Below the pieces are notes generated by a model. It saw nothing but the letters and a program-made list of their open reading frames with translations, was not told the origin of the DNA and did no database searches. A stretch of DNA of 64,000 bases from positions 5,246-69,245 of the forward strand of contig JAQBQT010000011.1 of the NCBI GenBank assembly GCA_028286835.1. Direction: 5' to 3'. This DNA is from Candidatus Parcubacteria bacterium (lineage in GTDB: Bacteria > Patescibacteriota > Minisyncoccia > Phycocordibacterales > PALSA-1337). A program made the translations under genes and the position numbers. Positions 1 to 9,173 of this stretch are shown here, one piece after another (the first letter of the stretch is position 1; each line of letters begins with the position of its first letter).

Positions 1-1338
1 AAGATCATTGACCGCCTCGAATATGATGAGGAGCTTCCTGATATGCTCGTCCTTGAGAAGGTCGTCGTCTGATTCTATGCGGAACGGTATGCCTTCTTTG
101 GCTAGAGCTTCCGCAACGGGAAATGCATCTTTGTTGTCATGATAGAGAACGGCGATCTCTTCGGGGTCGGCGCCGGCCGCTATCCGGGCCCTGATGTCTT
201 CGGCCACGAATGCCCGTTCGCTATCGGCAGAGGCGAATTCGCGAACCTGGATGAGCTGCGAGCCTTTCGCTGCACCTGCGCGGAGCTTCGCCCGGGTTAT
301 GCCCTCGGGCAGAGCGTTGCGCGTAATGAGGCTATGTGAAGCGTCGAGGATGGCCTGGGTGGAGCGATAGTTGTCTTCGAGGTCTATGAGGACAGCATCG
401 GGATACAAAGTTTTGAAGTGAAGGAAGTTCTGCAATGAGGCTCCTTGAAATCGAAAAATTGCCTGCTTCTCGTCGCCGACGATGAATAGATTTGGCTGGT
501 CATGAAAATTCGACAGAAGCTCGAGCACTGCGTTCTGGGCATTATTAGCGTCCTGATGCTCGTCAGCAAGGATATATTGATACATCTCCTGGAGGATGAG
601 CAGAAGATCCTCATCGGTGCGCATCGCCTTCACGGCTTCGACGATCATATCCTCGAAGTCATAGAATGATTGCTCGGTGAGCGCGGCTTCGTAGGCGCGA
701 TAGAGCTGCAAGAGCTCGGTGTTCTTTTTGATGCGCTCCTGGACCTTTATGAAATCGCCCTTCATCTTGCCGGCGTGTGCCCCTTTGGCATGGACCTTGT
801 CAGGCTCGTCATCGAAGGCCTTCTGCTGCTGGGCGATGATCTTTTCGAAATCATCAGGGCTTATGGTTTCGCGCTTCATGCTCCGGATGGCATCGAGAGC
901 AGGCCGGACATAATAGAACCGATCGCCATATGGCCTGAGGAATTCGAGCTTGGAATCTTCGATGATCTTCTCCATGATGGCGACCCTGTCTATATCCGCG
1001 ATGGCCGTCGAACCTATGATGCGCGGAAATCGCTCCGGATACTGGGCGATTACGTCATTGCAAAAGCCATGGAACGTATGGATCGCGACTTTGTAGCCTG
1101 CGGTGCCGATGGTCTCCACCAGTTTGCGACGCATAGTGCGGGCGCCGGATTCCGTGAATGTGAGGGCCAGAATGTTCTCAGGCGCGGTATCTGTGCGCTT
1201 GAGGATATTGGCGATGCGCAGGGTGAGAATGGTCGTCTTGCCAGTTCCTGGACCGGCAATGACCATGACGGGGCCTTCGATGGTATCGACGGCCTTCTTC
1301 TGGGCTTTATTGAGTCTTTTATACTGCTCGTCGAACAT
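1..1338 (-). CDS. uvrD: ATP-dependent DNA helicase, UvrD/PcrA/Rep family. N-terminal part only; the gene runs off the left edge of the window.
   Basis: Minus-strand translation from the ATG at 1336-1338 reads MFDEQYKRLNKAQKKAVDTIEGPVMVIAGPGTGKTTILTLRIANIL..ALTFTESGA..HTFHGFCN. This carries the Walker A motif and helicase motifs I-II. It is missing from the ORF track because no stop falls inside the window. The plus-strand ORF 670..1371 is its antisense shadow. Confidence 0.85.
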   Translation of the reverse strand, partial: MFDEQYKRLNKAQKKAVDTIEGPVMVIAGPGTGKTTILTLRIANILKRTDTAPENILALTFTESGARTMRRKLVETIGTAGYKVAIHTFHGFCNDVIAQYPERFPRIIGSTAIADIDRVAIMEKIIEDSKLEFLRPYGDRFYYVRPALDAIRSMKRETISPDDFEKIIAQQQKAFDDEPDKVHAKGAHAGKMKGDFIKVQERIKKNTELLQLYRAYEAALTEQSFYDFEDMIVEAVKAMRTDEDLLLILQEMYQYILADEHQDANNAQNAVLELLSNFHDQPNLFIVGDEKQAIFRFQGASLQNFLHFKTLYPDAVLIDLEDNYRSTQAILDASHSLITRNALPEGITRAKLRAGAAKGSQLIQVREFASADSERAFVAEDIRARIAAGADPEEIAVLYHDNKDAFPVAEALAKEGIPFRIESDDDLLKDEHIRKLLIIFEAVNDL

Positions 1339-1375
1339 GATGGCTTCATTATAGGATGCTATACTAGCTAACACC

Positions 1376-1954
1376 ATGCCTACGCAATCAAAAAAGAAAA
1401 ATATCGTCATCGCGCTCGTTGTCCTCTTTATCATTGCCGCAATCGGCGTTCTCTATACCCGTCATGCAGATGATGCTACTGCTTCCTGGAAGCCATACAC
1501 GAACGATGAGTTCGGCATAACAGTGAAGGCTCCTCCGGGATGGCATCTCATAGACAGTCTCAGCCCCATCACCCCCTGCTGCCTTTTCCTCCTGAATTAT
1601 GAGGAATCAGCCACGACCACCTATAAGAACCCGGGAAACATGAAGATCCAGATCGGCTACTACATCATTCCCGGATTCGATCCGTTCAAGCTCGGAAGCA
1701 CAACAAAGAAGACTCTTGGCAAGAATGTGGTCTACACCGGAACCGCAGCAAGCACGCCGTTCTATATCCTTCCCCGCACAGAGAAGGAAGGCTTCGGTCT
1801 TTCGGTTATCTCCCTTCCGGATAGCAGCGCAAAAGCCTCACAGATAGCTGAGAAGATCCTTGAAACAGCTGTGGTCAAGTCATTCGACTCCATGGTCGGC
1901 ACCACAACCGCAACATCGACAGCGACGACATCCGCAACAACGACAACCCGCTAG
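1376..1954 (+). CDS. hypothetical membrane-anchored secreted protein (N-terminal TM helix, Thr-rich C-terminal tail)
   Basis: ATG start. Hydrophobic helix IVIALVVLFIIAAIGVLY after a K-rich N-terminus. C-terminal TTTATSTATTSATTTTR low complexity. No family recognised. Confidence 0.55.
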   Translation: MPTQSKKKNIVIALVVLFIIAAIGVLYTRHADDATASWKPYTNDEFGITVKAPPGWHLIDSLSPITPCCLFLLNYEESATTTYKNPGNMKIQIGYYIIPGFDPFKLGSTTKKTLGKNVVYTGTAASTPFYILPRTEKEGFGLSVISLPDSSAKASQIAEKILETAVVKSFDSMVGTTTATSTATTSATTTTR

Positions 1955-1976
1955 CATTCGCGATCAATATGGAGAT

Positions 1977-2003
1977 AAAAAAGCCGCTTGAAGCGGCTTT
2001 TTT
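1977..2003. terminator. bidirectional rho-independent terminator between the convergent genes at 1376..1954 (+) and rpoD (-)
   Basis: Hairpin AAGCCGC-TTGAA-GCGGCTT flanked by an A6 run upstream and a T6 run downstream. Confidence 0.7.
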
Positions 2004-2005
2004 AA

Positions 2006-3232
2006 TTAATAGTTCTTGAGGCGATTCGCCTGATCATGCTGGCGGATCTTCTCATGGGCCTTTGCTTCGATCTGGCGGATGCGCTCGCGGGTGACGCCGA
2101 ATTCGCGGCCCACCTCTTCGAGGGTATGAGTGATGCCGTCATTCAGACCGTGGCGCATCTCGAGGATCTTACGCTCTTTTTCTGAAAGGTCGTTCAAAAT
2201 GACATTGACCTGATCGCGGAGGATGCGGCGGGATGCCTCGTCTGCTGGGGAAAGGATCTTGTCGTCCGGAATGAAATCCTGGAGCGTGGATTTGCTGTCG
2301 TCTGATGAATCATCGCCGACCGGGCTCTCGAGGGACACGACATCCTGCTCGATCTTCTCGATCTGGTAGATCTTGTCGACGTCCATACCCATTTCTGTGG
2401 CGATCTCATCTGGCAGCGGCTCACGACCGAGGTCCTGCATGAGGCGGCGGACGACCTGTTTGTATTTGGCGATGGTCTCGACCATATGGACCGGCACGCG
2501 GATGGTGCGTGACTGATCGGCGAGGGCGCGAGTGATAGCCTGGCGGATCCACCAAGTTGCGTATGTGGAAAACTTATAGCCCTTTGTCCAGTCGAACTTG
2601 TCGACGGCGCGGAAAAGGCCGAGATTGCCTTCCTGAATGAGGTCGAGAAGGGTCAAGTCCGGCGAGCGGCCCACGTACTTCTTGGCAATAGAAACGACGA
2701 GGCGGAGGTTGGCCTTTGCCAGAAGGTTCTTGGCTTCGAGATCGCCTGCCTGGATGCGCTTGGCGAGCTCCTTCTCCATGCTCGCGTTGATGAGCGGGTA
2801 CTGGCCGATCTCCTTCAGGTACATCTGAATGGAATCGTACGCGCTGTCGGAACCGCTTCGGGAATAGTGAGGAGCCTTCTTCTCCTTTTCCTTGAGGTCC
2901 TCCACCTCCAAAAGACCGCCGCCTTCGAGGACGTCGACGTTGGCAGAGGAGAGCTTGCTATAAAGATCGTCGAGGAATGTGATGTCATTCTCGATCTGCG
3001 GGAACTCTTTGAGGATCTCGTCGTAGGTGACGAAACCGCGGTTGCGCCCCTTCACAATGAGGGCCTGGGCCTTGGCCTCGAAGCTTTTGGCGGAATTCGC
3101 GCCCTTCGCGCCTCCTTTGGCCGAGGACCCGACGATGTTACGGGTGACAGAACGCTTCTTCGCGGCTGTGACACTGCGGGGCGACCGGCTGGAACGTCCG
3201 GCAGAACGGGCTGCTTTTTTTGGTTTGCTCAT
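2006..3232 (-). CDS. rpoD: RNA polymerase sigma factor RpoD (primary sigma-70)
   Basis: Region 2 motifs ([48 protein letters not shown]), region 3, and region 4 ([29 protein letters not shown]). Basic, low-complexity N-terminus. The track start at 3286 is TTG; I chose the ATG at 3232 (MSKPKK). The start is uncertain by 54 nt. Confidence 0.9.
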   Translation of the reverse strand: MSKPKKAARSAGRSSRSPRSVTAAKKRSVTRNIVGSSAKGGAKGANSAKSFEAKAQALIVKGRNRGFVTYDEILKEFPQIENDITFLDDLYSKLSSANVDVLEGGGLLEVEDLKEKEKKAPHYSRSGSDSAYDSIQMYLKEIGQYPLINASMEKELAKRIQAGDLEAKNLLAKANLRLVVSIAKKYVGRSPDLTLLDLIQEGNLGLFRAVDKFDWTKGYKFSTYATWWIRQAITRALADQSRTIRVPVHMVETIAKYKQVVRRLMQDLGREPLPDEIATEMGMDVDKIYQIEKIEQDVVSLESPVGDDSSDDSKSTLQDFIPDDKILSPADEASRRILRDQVNVILNDLSEKERKILEMRHGLNDGITHTLEEVGREFGVTRERIRQIEAKAHEKIRQHDQANRLKNY

Positions 3233-3320
3233 GGAGTAAGAGGTTAACGTACGGGCTATTGTACGCCAGAAATAGATTGGAGGCAAGTATTTCCCTGCAT
3301 ATAGCCTATTAGGGTAGACG

Positions 3321-5096
3321 TTACTTCCCCTTTCCTATTTCAGCTTTTCGCATCGACAGTTCCTGGCACTTCTTGGCCAATTCCGAAACAGTGGCGTTAT
3401 CTCCGGCGCGTTCGGCGGCGCGGAGCTTGGCCATGGTGTCCAGAAGCTCGGCATTGAGCATATCGCGCTCAAAGTTGACGATGAGATCATCCATATGGAG
3501 ATCCCAGCGCGAGATATCCTTTCCGAAAAGGGTGTCGACCTCGAAGAGCACGTCGCTCATGAGCGGCCTGATGCGTTCGACTCGCGCGGCGTACGTATCC
3601 CCGGCGATCTTCTCGATGCGGGTACGATAGCCTGGGGCGTTGGCGGATTGGGATTTCTCCATGAGCTCCAAGAGGCCGAACATGCGCCGTTCCACCAGAT
3701 CGATGCGTGTAGCAGCAGTCGATACCGAAGGAGCGGCAGCGGAAGCCTTTGGAGCCGGCTGTCGGATAGACGCTGAAGAAGCGCTCCCATCAGCCTTAAG
3801 CTTGGCTTCGGCGGCATGCACATCATCCCAGAGCGCCTGTTCGGGCAGATTGGCCTTGTCCGCTATGAGCCTTACCGCATATGCCTTGTCCGTGGCGCTT
3901 TCGAGATTGACCACGAATGGCAGGACGCGGTCACGAATGGCCTTTGGCACCTTGCGGGGATCCGCAGTTTCTCTCATGACATTGCCGAGCTCGAACTCCA
4001 CGACAGGCTTGGCAGCACGGAGGGCGTTCTTCCAGTCTTCAGGATTGCCGCGCACGAGATCCGCAGGATCCTTGCCTCCCTGTATGTCGCAGACTTTTAC
4101 GTCCATTCCTAGCGAGAGCGCGATGCCTGAAGCGCGCATGGCTGCCTTGCGGCCAGCCGAATCAGAATCGAATGCGATGATGACGTTGCTTGAGAGGCGC
4201 CGCAGAAGACCGAGATTGTTGACTACGCCTTCCCTGTTCGATTCAGCTTCGGCGAGAGCCGTGCCAGAAGCGGCGACTGCATTCTTGACCCCGGCCTGAT
4301 GGGACATGATGAGATCCATCTGCCCTTCGACTAGAATGGAATAGTCGAGCCTGCGTATGAAGCTCTTCGCTTTGTCGAGCCCATAGAGAACGGAAGATTT
4401 GTCGAACAAAGGCGTATCGGGGCTGTTAAGATACTTCGCCGACTTGCCGTCGTCCTTGAGGATGCGGCCAGAGAATGCGATCACGCGGCCGCTCGAATCG
4501 CTTATGGGAAACATGACACGGCCACGGAAGCGGTCATAGTATGTGCCCTTTTTATCTTCAGCTTCTTTGGCAAGACCGGCCTTGACGATGAGCTCTACAG
4601 GCCACTTCTTGGCCCGAAGAAAATCATGGAGATTGCGCCAGCCTTCGGGCGCCCAGCCGATCCTGAATTCCTGTCGGGTCTGATCAGTCGCCCCGCGGCT
4701 TTTGACATATTCTTTTGCGTCTGAGGACTTGATGAATTCTGCCTCGAAATACTTTGCGGCCTCTTCCATGATCTGGAACAGCCTGTCGCGTTCGCTGTCG
4801 GCCTTGCTGTCGAAGGTGAGAGTAACGCCCGCTCTGTCAGCGAGCACCTTAAGAGCGCCCTTGAAATCGAGCCCCTCGAACTGCTCTACGAAGGAGAAGA
4901 TGTCTCCCTTAGCGCTGCAGCCGAAACAATAGTAGCCACCACGGTCCGGAGATATGAAAAAGGAAGCTGTCTTCTCATGATGGAAGGGGCATTTGGCCTT
5001 GTACGATTTGCCGGATTTCTCAACCTTGATGTATGAGCCTATGACTTCTTCGATGGGCAAACGGGCCTTGATTTCCTCGACATTCGTGCGGTTCAT
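3321..5096 (-). CDS. dnaG: DNA primase DnaG
   Basis: N-terminal CHC2 zinc finger ([15 protein letters not shown]), TOPRIM region ([19 protein letters not shown]). ATG start. Sits upstream of rpoD, as in the classical macromolecular-synthesis operon. Confidence 0.9.
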   Translation of the reverse strand: MNRTNVEEIKARLPIEEVIGSYIKVEKSGKSYKAKCPFHHEKTASFFISPDRGGYYCFGCSAKGDIFSFVEQFEGLDFKGALKVLADRAGVTLTFDSKADSERDRLFQIMEEAAKYFEAEFIKSSDAKEYVKSRGATDQTRQEFRIGWAPEGWRNLHDFLRAKKWPVELIVKAGLAKEAEDKKGTYYDRFRGRVMFPISDSSGRVIAFSGRILKDDGKSAKYLNSPDTPLFDKSSVLYGLDKAKSFIRRLDYSILVEGQMDLIMSHQAGVKNAVAASGTALAEAESNREGVVNNLGLLRRLSSNVIIAFDSDSAGRKAAMRASGIALSLGMDVKVCDIQGGKDPADLVRGNPEDWKNALRAAKPVVEFELGNVMRETADPRKVPKAIRDRVLPFVVNLESATDKAYAVRLIADKANLPEQALWDDVHAAEAKLKADGSASSASIRQPAPKASAAAPSVSTAATRIDLVERRMFGLLELMEKSQSANAPGYRTRIEKIAGDTYAARVERIRPLMSDVLFEVDTLFGKDISRWDLHMDDLIVNFERDMLNAELLDTMAKLRAAERAGDNATVSELAKKCQELSMRKAEIGKGK

Positions 5097-5232
5097 GGGG
5101 GTAGTATAGCGGCTAGCGAGGACTTGTGGAAGCTTGCTTACACAAAGTCCGAGCGAAGACGATATATGAGCGCAGCGAGTATATACGAAAAATAAAAAAG
5201 GCGCCCAATTGAAACAAATGAGGAACTCGCCG

Positions 5233-5269
5233 GAAAAACAGAGCCCCTACCGCGGCAAGACGGTAGGGG
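5233..5269 (-). terminator. rho-independent terminator (9-bp GC stem followed by a U-tract) ending a short non-coding unit
   Basis: On the minus strand: CCCCTACCG-tcttgccg-CGGTAGGGG, then CTCTGTTTTTCC. Confidence 0.6.
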
Positions 5270-5394
5270 TTGTAAGGATATGCAACGGCAAGAGCGATGG
5301 TTCCTGACTTGCCGTACTCGATTGCTGTTGCAGATGCCTTAGGAGTAGCTGTGACCCACTTCGCTGTCTTTGCCTTGCTATGGGCAACGACCAC
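5236..5394 (-). ncRNA. candidate small non-coding RNA (~160 nt) between rpoC and dnaG; identity unknown
   Basis: An extended -10 (TGGTATGAT, minus strand ~5402-5410) lies immediately after the rpoC terminator. The predicted transcript contains no ATG at all and ends at the strong terminator at 5233-5269. The track ORF 5113..5406 has its ATG inside the -10 element and reads through the terminator hairpin, so it is probably spurious. Confidence 0.3.
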
Positions 5395-5410
5395 CGCGTA
5401 TATCATACCA

Positions 5411-5438
5411 GATACACAAAAGCCCCCGAAGGGGCTTT
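5411..5438 (-). terminator. rho-independent terminator downstream of rpoC
   Basis: Minus strand: AAAGCCCC-TTCG-GGGGCTTT followed by TGTGT. It sits 22 nt after the rpoC stop. Confidence 0.65.
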
Positions 5439-5460
5439 GCGTGAATAAATAAATGTCTGA

Positions 5461-8400
5461 CTATTCCCCGTCCAATTCCGGGCTGTTGGCGTGGATGGCG
5501 TCGATCATGGCCTTCTTCGGAGAACCCGGGAAACCGGTTCCTGCCGGAACGAGACGGCCAATGATGACGTTCTCCATGAGGCCCACGAGGTCGTCTTCGG
5601 CGCCGCGGACTGCGTTGCCAATGAGGACGCGGGTCGTGTGCTGGAATGAGGCAGCTGAGAGGAATGACTTGCGGGACAATGAAGTCTCCGTGATGCCCAT
5701 CACGAGCCTTTCAGTCTTGGCCTGAGTCTGGCCGGCCTCCTTGGCGCGGTCGTTCTCTTCGCCGAGCTGGATGTCGTCGACGATCATGCCTTCGGTGAAC
5801 TGCGTCTCGCCTGCTTCGGAGATGCGGCGGCGGCTGAACATCTGCTTCACGATGAGCTCGATGTGCTTTCGCGACACCGTCTCGCCCTGGAGCTCGTAGA
5901 TCTTGCCGATCTCATTGATGACGTAATCCTTCGCGCGCTCCTCGCCTCCGTATTCGAAGACTTCGTCGATGTCAGCCGAGCCGTCCGTGAGGATCTGGCC
6001 CTTGGTGACCTTGTCGCCGACCTTCACGAGGGTCGTGCGGCGGTATGGGAAGACGTATTCGATCTCGGCCGCCTTCTTCGGAGCCTTCGCAGAGGCGGAT
6101 GCCTTGCTCTGGTCTTCGATCTCAGGGAGGACCTTGATCATCTTCTCTTTGCCCATATCCCTTACTTCCAGGATAACGCCGTCGACTGAGGCGACGACAG
6201 CCGGGATCTTCGGGCGGCGCTTCTCAAAGACTTCTTCGACGCGAGGGAGACCCTGCGTGATGTCGCCGCCTGCTGAGGCAGCTCCGCCGGCGTGGAATGT
6301 TCGCATCGTGAGCTGTGTGCCAGGCTCGCCGATAGCCTGAGCTGCAACGGTGCCTACGGCTTCGCCGAGGGCGACCAGTTCATTGCGGCCGAGGTCCATG
6401 CCGTAGCATTTGGCGCAGACGCCGCGGATGGTCTTGCATGAGAGCGGCGAACGGACCGCGACCTGATTGATGCCTGCATCCTCGATGACCTGAGCATCAG
6501 CCTTCGTGAGCATAGTGCCCTTCTTGAAGAGGACTTTGCCGTCTGCGTCCGTCACGTCTTCCGTGATCATGCGGCCGCGGATGTTCTTCGAGAGAGGGAT
6601 GTTCATGCCTGAGGCTGTCTGGCGGTGGATGACGATCGACTCCTTGGTTCCGCAGTCGACTTCCGAGACGACGACGTCCTGGGCGACGACGAAGAGCTTG
6701 CGCGTGAGGTAACCGGCCTTGGCTGTGTTGAGAGCCGTGTCAGTGAGACCCTTGCGCGAGCCGTGAGTGGTGATGAAATATTCGATCGGCGTAAGGCCTT
6801 CCTTGGCGCAGGACAGAATCGGGAATTCGATGGTCTCGCCGGAAACTGAGGCGATAAGGCCCTTCATGCCTGCCATGATCGTGATCTGAGAGAGCGATCC
6901 GCGGGCGCCGGATGTGACCATGTCGTAGACGGAACCCATCTTGTCGAGGGATGCCGGAATGGCCTTCTCCACTTCGCCCTTGGCCTTCTGCCAGATCTCG
7001 ACGTGCTTCCTGATGCGCTCTTCCTCGGTGAGGAGGCCTTCGCTGAAGTGCATGGTGACGATATCGACCTGCTTCTTTGCGCGGCCGATGATCTCCCCCT
7101 TCTCCTGTGGGATCTTGATGTCATCGATGCCCCACGTCGTGCCTGAATATGTGGCGTAGCCGAAGCCGAATGTCTTCACGCGGTCGAGGATGGGAGCGAT
7201 ATGATTCGGTCCGTAGAGCGTGATCATGTCATCGACGATGGCGCCGAGCTTCTTGCGGCCGACTTCCTCGTTGATGAATGTGTACTCTTCCGGAAGGACT
7301 GCGTTGAAGAGGATGCGTCCCACGGTCGTTTCGAAGATGCCTCCGTTGAAGCGTTCGTACTTCTTCGTGTTCGGGGCGAGCACCTTCACCTTGGCGCGGA
7401 GGTCGATGGCCTTGAATGAGTGAGCGAGAGCGGCAGCATCAGGAGATTCGAAGATCTTGCCTTCGCCGAGCGTCTTCTCTGCTATCTTCGTGACCCAGAA
7501 ACAGCCGAGCACGATGTCGAGCATCTTTGCCGTGACTGTCGGATCGTTGTTACCCGGCTTGAGGACGTTCTTGTCAGCAGCCATGATCTCCTTGGCTTCC
7601 TTCTGAGCTTCGTCGGAAAGCGGTACGTGAATGGCCATTTGGTCGCCGTCGAAGTCGGCGTTGAAAGCCGTACATACGAGCGGGTGAACCTGGATGGCAT
7701 TGCCTTCGATAAGGGTCGGGCGGAATGCCTGGATGCCGAGGCGGTGAAGGGTCGGGGCGCGGTTCAGGAGAACGTACTTGCCCTTGATGACCTCTTCGAG
7801 GATCTCCCAGACTTCCTTGGCGCCGTCGTCTATGAGGCGGTTCGCGCCGCGGATGTTATAGGCGAGCTCGCGCTTGAGGAGGCCGGAAATGATGAACGGG
7901 CGGAACAATTCGAGGGCCATGTGCTTCGGAAGGCCGCACTCGTCGAGCTTGAGCTCAGGACCGACGACGATCACTGAACGGCCGGAATAATCTACGCGCT
8001 TTCCGAGAAGGTTCTGGCGGAAGAGGCCGCGCTTCGACTTGAGCGAATCTGAAAGCGACTTGAGGGCGCGCTTCTCGCGGGCGAGAGCTGCGGCGCCTGC
8101 GGACGATGAATGGCGGATGGAGTTGTCGATGAGGGCGTCGACAGCTTCCTGGAGGATGCGCTTCTCGTTGCGGAGAATGACTTCAGGGGCGTGGATCTCC
8201 TTCAATTTCAAAAGGCGGTTGTTGCGGTTGATGACGCGGCGATAGAGGTCGTTCACATCGGACGTCGCGTAGCGACCACCGTCGAGGGCGACCATCGGGC
8301 GAAGCCCTGGCGGAATGACCGGAATGCGGACGAGGAACATCCATTCAGGACGGATCTTCGCCTTGATCATCTGCTTCACGAGCGAGAGGCGCTTTGCGAG

Positions 8401-9162
8401 CCTGTCGCTGTCGGCGGCTCCGGCCGTTTCGTATGCGGCTTCGAGCTCGGTCTGGAGCTTGGAAAGGTCGATCTTCTTCAAGAGATCATAGATGGCTTCT
8501 GCGCCGATCGATGCTTCGAAGAAACCGCCGTATTTGACTGCGAACTTATGATAGGTGACTTCGTCGAGGACGAGGCCTGCCTCGATGGACTCGATCTCCT
8601 TGCGGGCGCCGAGGAGGAGCTCCTTGAGAGCCTCCTTCGTCTTGTCGTCGTTGGCGGTCTTGACCTTGGTCTTATATTCAGCGTCGAGCTCCTTCAAGAA
8701 GCGGGCCTTCTCTGCCTCATCGACTTTGCCGATGATATAGCCTGCGAAGTACACGACCTTCTCGAGGTCTGCTGTCGTCATGCCGAGAATGAGTCCGATC
8801 CTGGACGGAACCGAGCGGAGGAACCAGATATGCGAGACCGGCGTGGCGAGCTCGATGTGGCCCATGCGGTCGCGTCGGACAATAGAGCGCGTTATCTCAA
8901 CGCCGCACTTCTCACAGACGATCCCCTTATAGCGGATGCCGCGATATTTTCCGCAGTAGCATTCGTAGTCGCGGTCTGGACCGAAGATGCGTTCGTCGAA
9001 GAGACCGCTCTTTTCCGAGCGCTGGGTGCGGTAGTTGATGGTCTCAGGCTTGGTGACTTCGCCGTATGACCACTCGAGGATCTTCTCAGGAGACGCGAGC
9101 TGGAGGCGCACTGCGTCGAACTGTACCGGATCCGCTGGCTTCTTTGTGATGGTTGGTTGCAT
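5461..9162 (-). CDS. rpoC: DNA-directed RNA polymerase subunit beta' (RpoC)
   Basis: 1233 aa. Zinc-binding CxxC..CxxC near the N-terminus, catalytic NADFDGDQM, and trigger loop/bridge helix regions. ATG start. Sits 11 nt downstream of rpoB. Confidence 0.97.
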   Translation of the reverse strand: MQPTITKKPADPVQFDAVRLQLASPEKILEWSYGEVTKPETINYRTQRSEKSGLFDERIFGPDRDYECYCGKYRGIRYKGIVCEKCGVEITRSIVRRDRMGHIELATPVSHIWFLRSVPSRIGLILGMTTADLEKVVYFAGYIIGKVDEAEKARFLKELDAEYKTKVKTANDDKTKEALKELLLGARKEIESIEAGLVLDEVTYHKFAVKYGGFFEASIGAEAIYDLLKKIDLSKLQTELEAAYETAGAADSDRLAKRLSLVKQMIKAKIRPEWMFLVRIPVIPPGLRPMVALDGGRYATSDVNDLYRRVINRNNRLLKLKEIHAPEVILRNEKRILQEAVDALIDNSIRHSSSAGAAALAREKRALKSLSDSLKSKRGLFRQNLLGKRVDYSGRSVIVVGPELKLDECGLPKHMALELFRPFIISGLLKRELAYNIRGANRLIDDGAKEVWEILEEVIKGKYVLLNRAPTLHRLGIQAFRPTLIEGNAIQVHPLVCTAFNADFDGDQMAIHVPLSDEAQKEAKEIMAADKNVLKPGNNDPTVTAKMLDIVLGCFWVTKIAEKTLGEGKIFESPDAAALAHSFKAIDLRAKVKVLAPNTKKYERFNGGIFETTVGRILFNAVLPEEYTFINEEVGRKKLGAIVDDMITLYGPNHIAPILDRVKTFGFGYATYSGTTWGIDDIKIPQEKGEIIGRAKKQVDIVTMHFSEGLLTEEERIRKHVEIWQKAKGEVEKAIPASLDKMGSVYDMVTSGARGSLSQITIMAGMKGLIASVSGETIEFPILSCAKEGLTPIEYFITTHGSRKGLTDTALNTAKAGYLTRKLFVVAQDVVVSEVDCGTKESIVIHRQTASGMNIPLSKNIRGRMITEDVTDADGKVLFKKGTMLTKADAQVIEDAGINQVAVRSPLSCKTIRGVCAKCYGMDLGRNELVALGEAVGTVAAQAIGEPGTQLTMRTFHAGGAASAGGDITQGLPRVEEVFEKRRPKIPAVVASVDGVILEVRDMGKEKMIKVLPEIEDQSKASASAKAPKKAAEIEYVFPYRRTTLVKVGDKVTKGQILTDGSADIDEVFEYGGEERAKDYVINEIGKIYELQGETVSRKHIELIVKQMFSRRRISEAGETQFTEGMIVDDIQLGEENDRAKEAGQTQAKTERLVMGITETSLSRKSFLSAASFQHTTRVLIGNAVRGAEDDLVGLMENVIIGRLVPAGTGFPGSPKKAMIDAIHANSPELDGE

Positions 9163-9173
9163 GATAGTGATTG

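Noticed and set aside
670-1371. Long plus-strand ORFs antisense to real genes. Examples: 670..1371, 3640..4299, 8110..9069, 9171..9959, 19398..20636 (minus, antisense to AspRS), 33109..33846, 40592..41698, 47031..48089, 57049..57972, 57997..58932.
   Set aside because: Each lies entirely inside a confidently identified gene on the other strand. None has a recognisable motif, and all have biased, shadow-like composition. They are mirror ORFs of high-GC coding DNA.
5236-5394. Identifying the candidate sRNA as SRP (4.5S) RNA
   Set aside because: It contains GUCAGGAACC, which loosely resembles the SRP domain IV GUCAGGUCCGGAAGG. However, the GNRA tetraloop context and the AGCAGCC strand are not present in the right order. 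The evidence is insufficient.
5113-5406. 97-aa ORF between dnaG and rpoC as a protein gene (possible rpsU replacement)
   Set aside because: Its ATG sits inside the -10 hexamer of the only plausible promoter, and it reads through a strong terminator hairpin. The sequence is not KR-rich like S21, and no family is recognised. I treat the region as non-coding.
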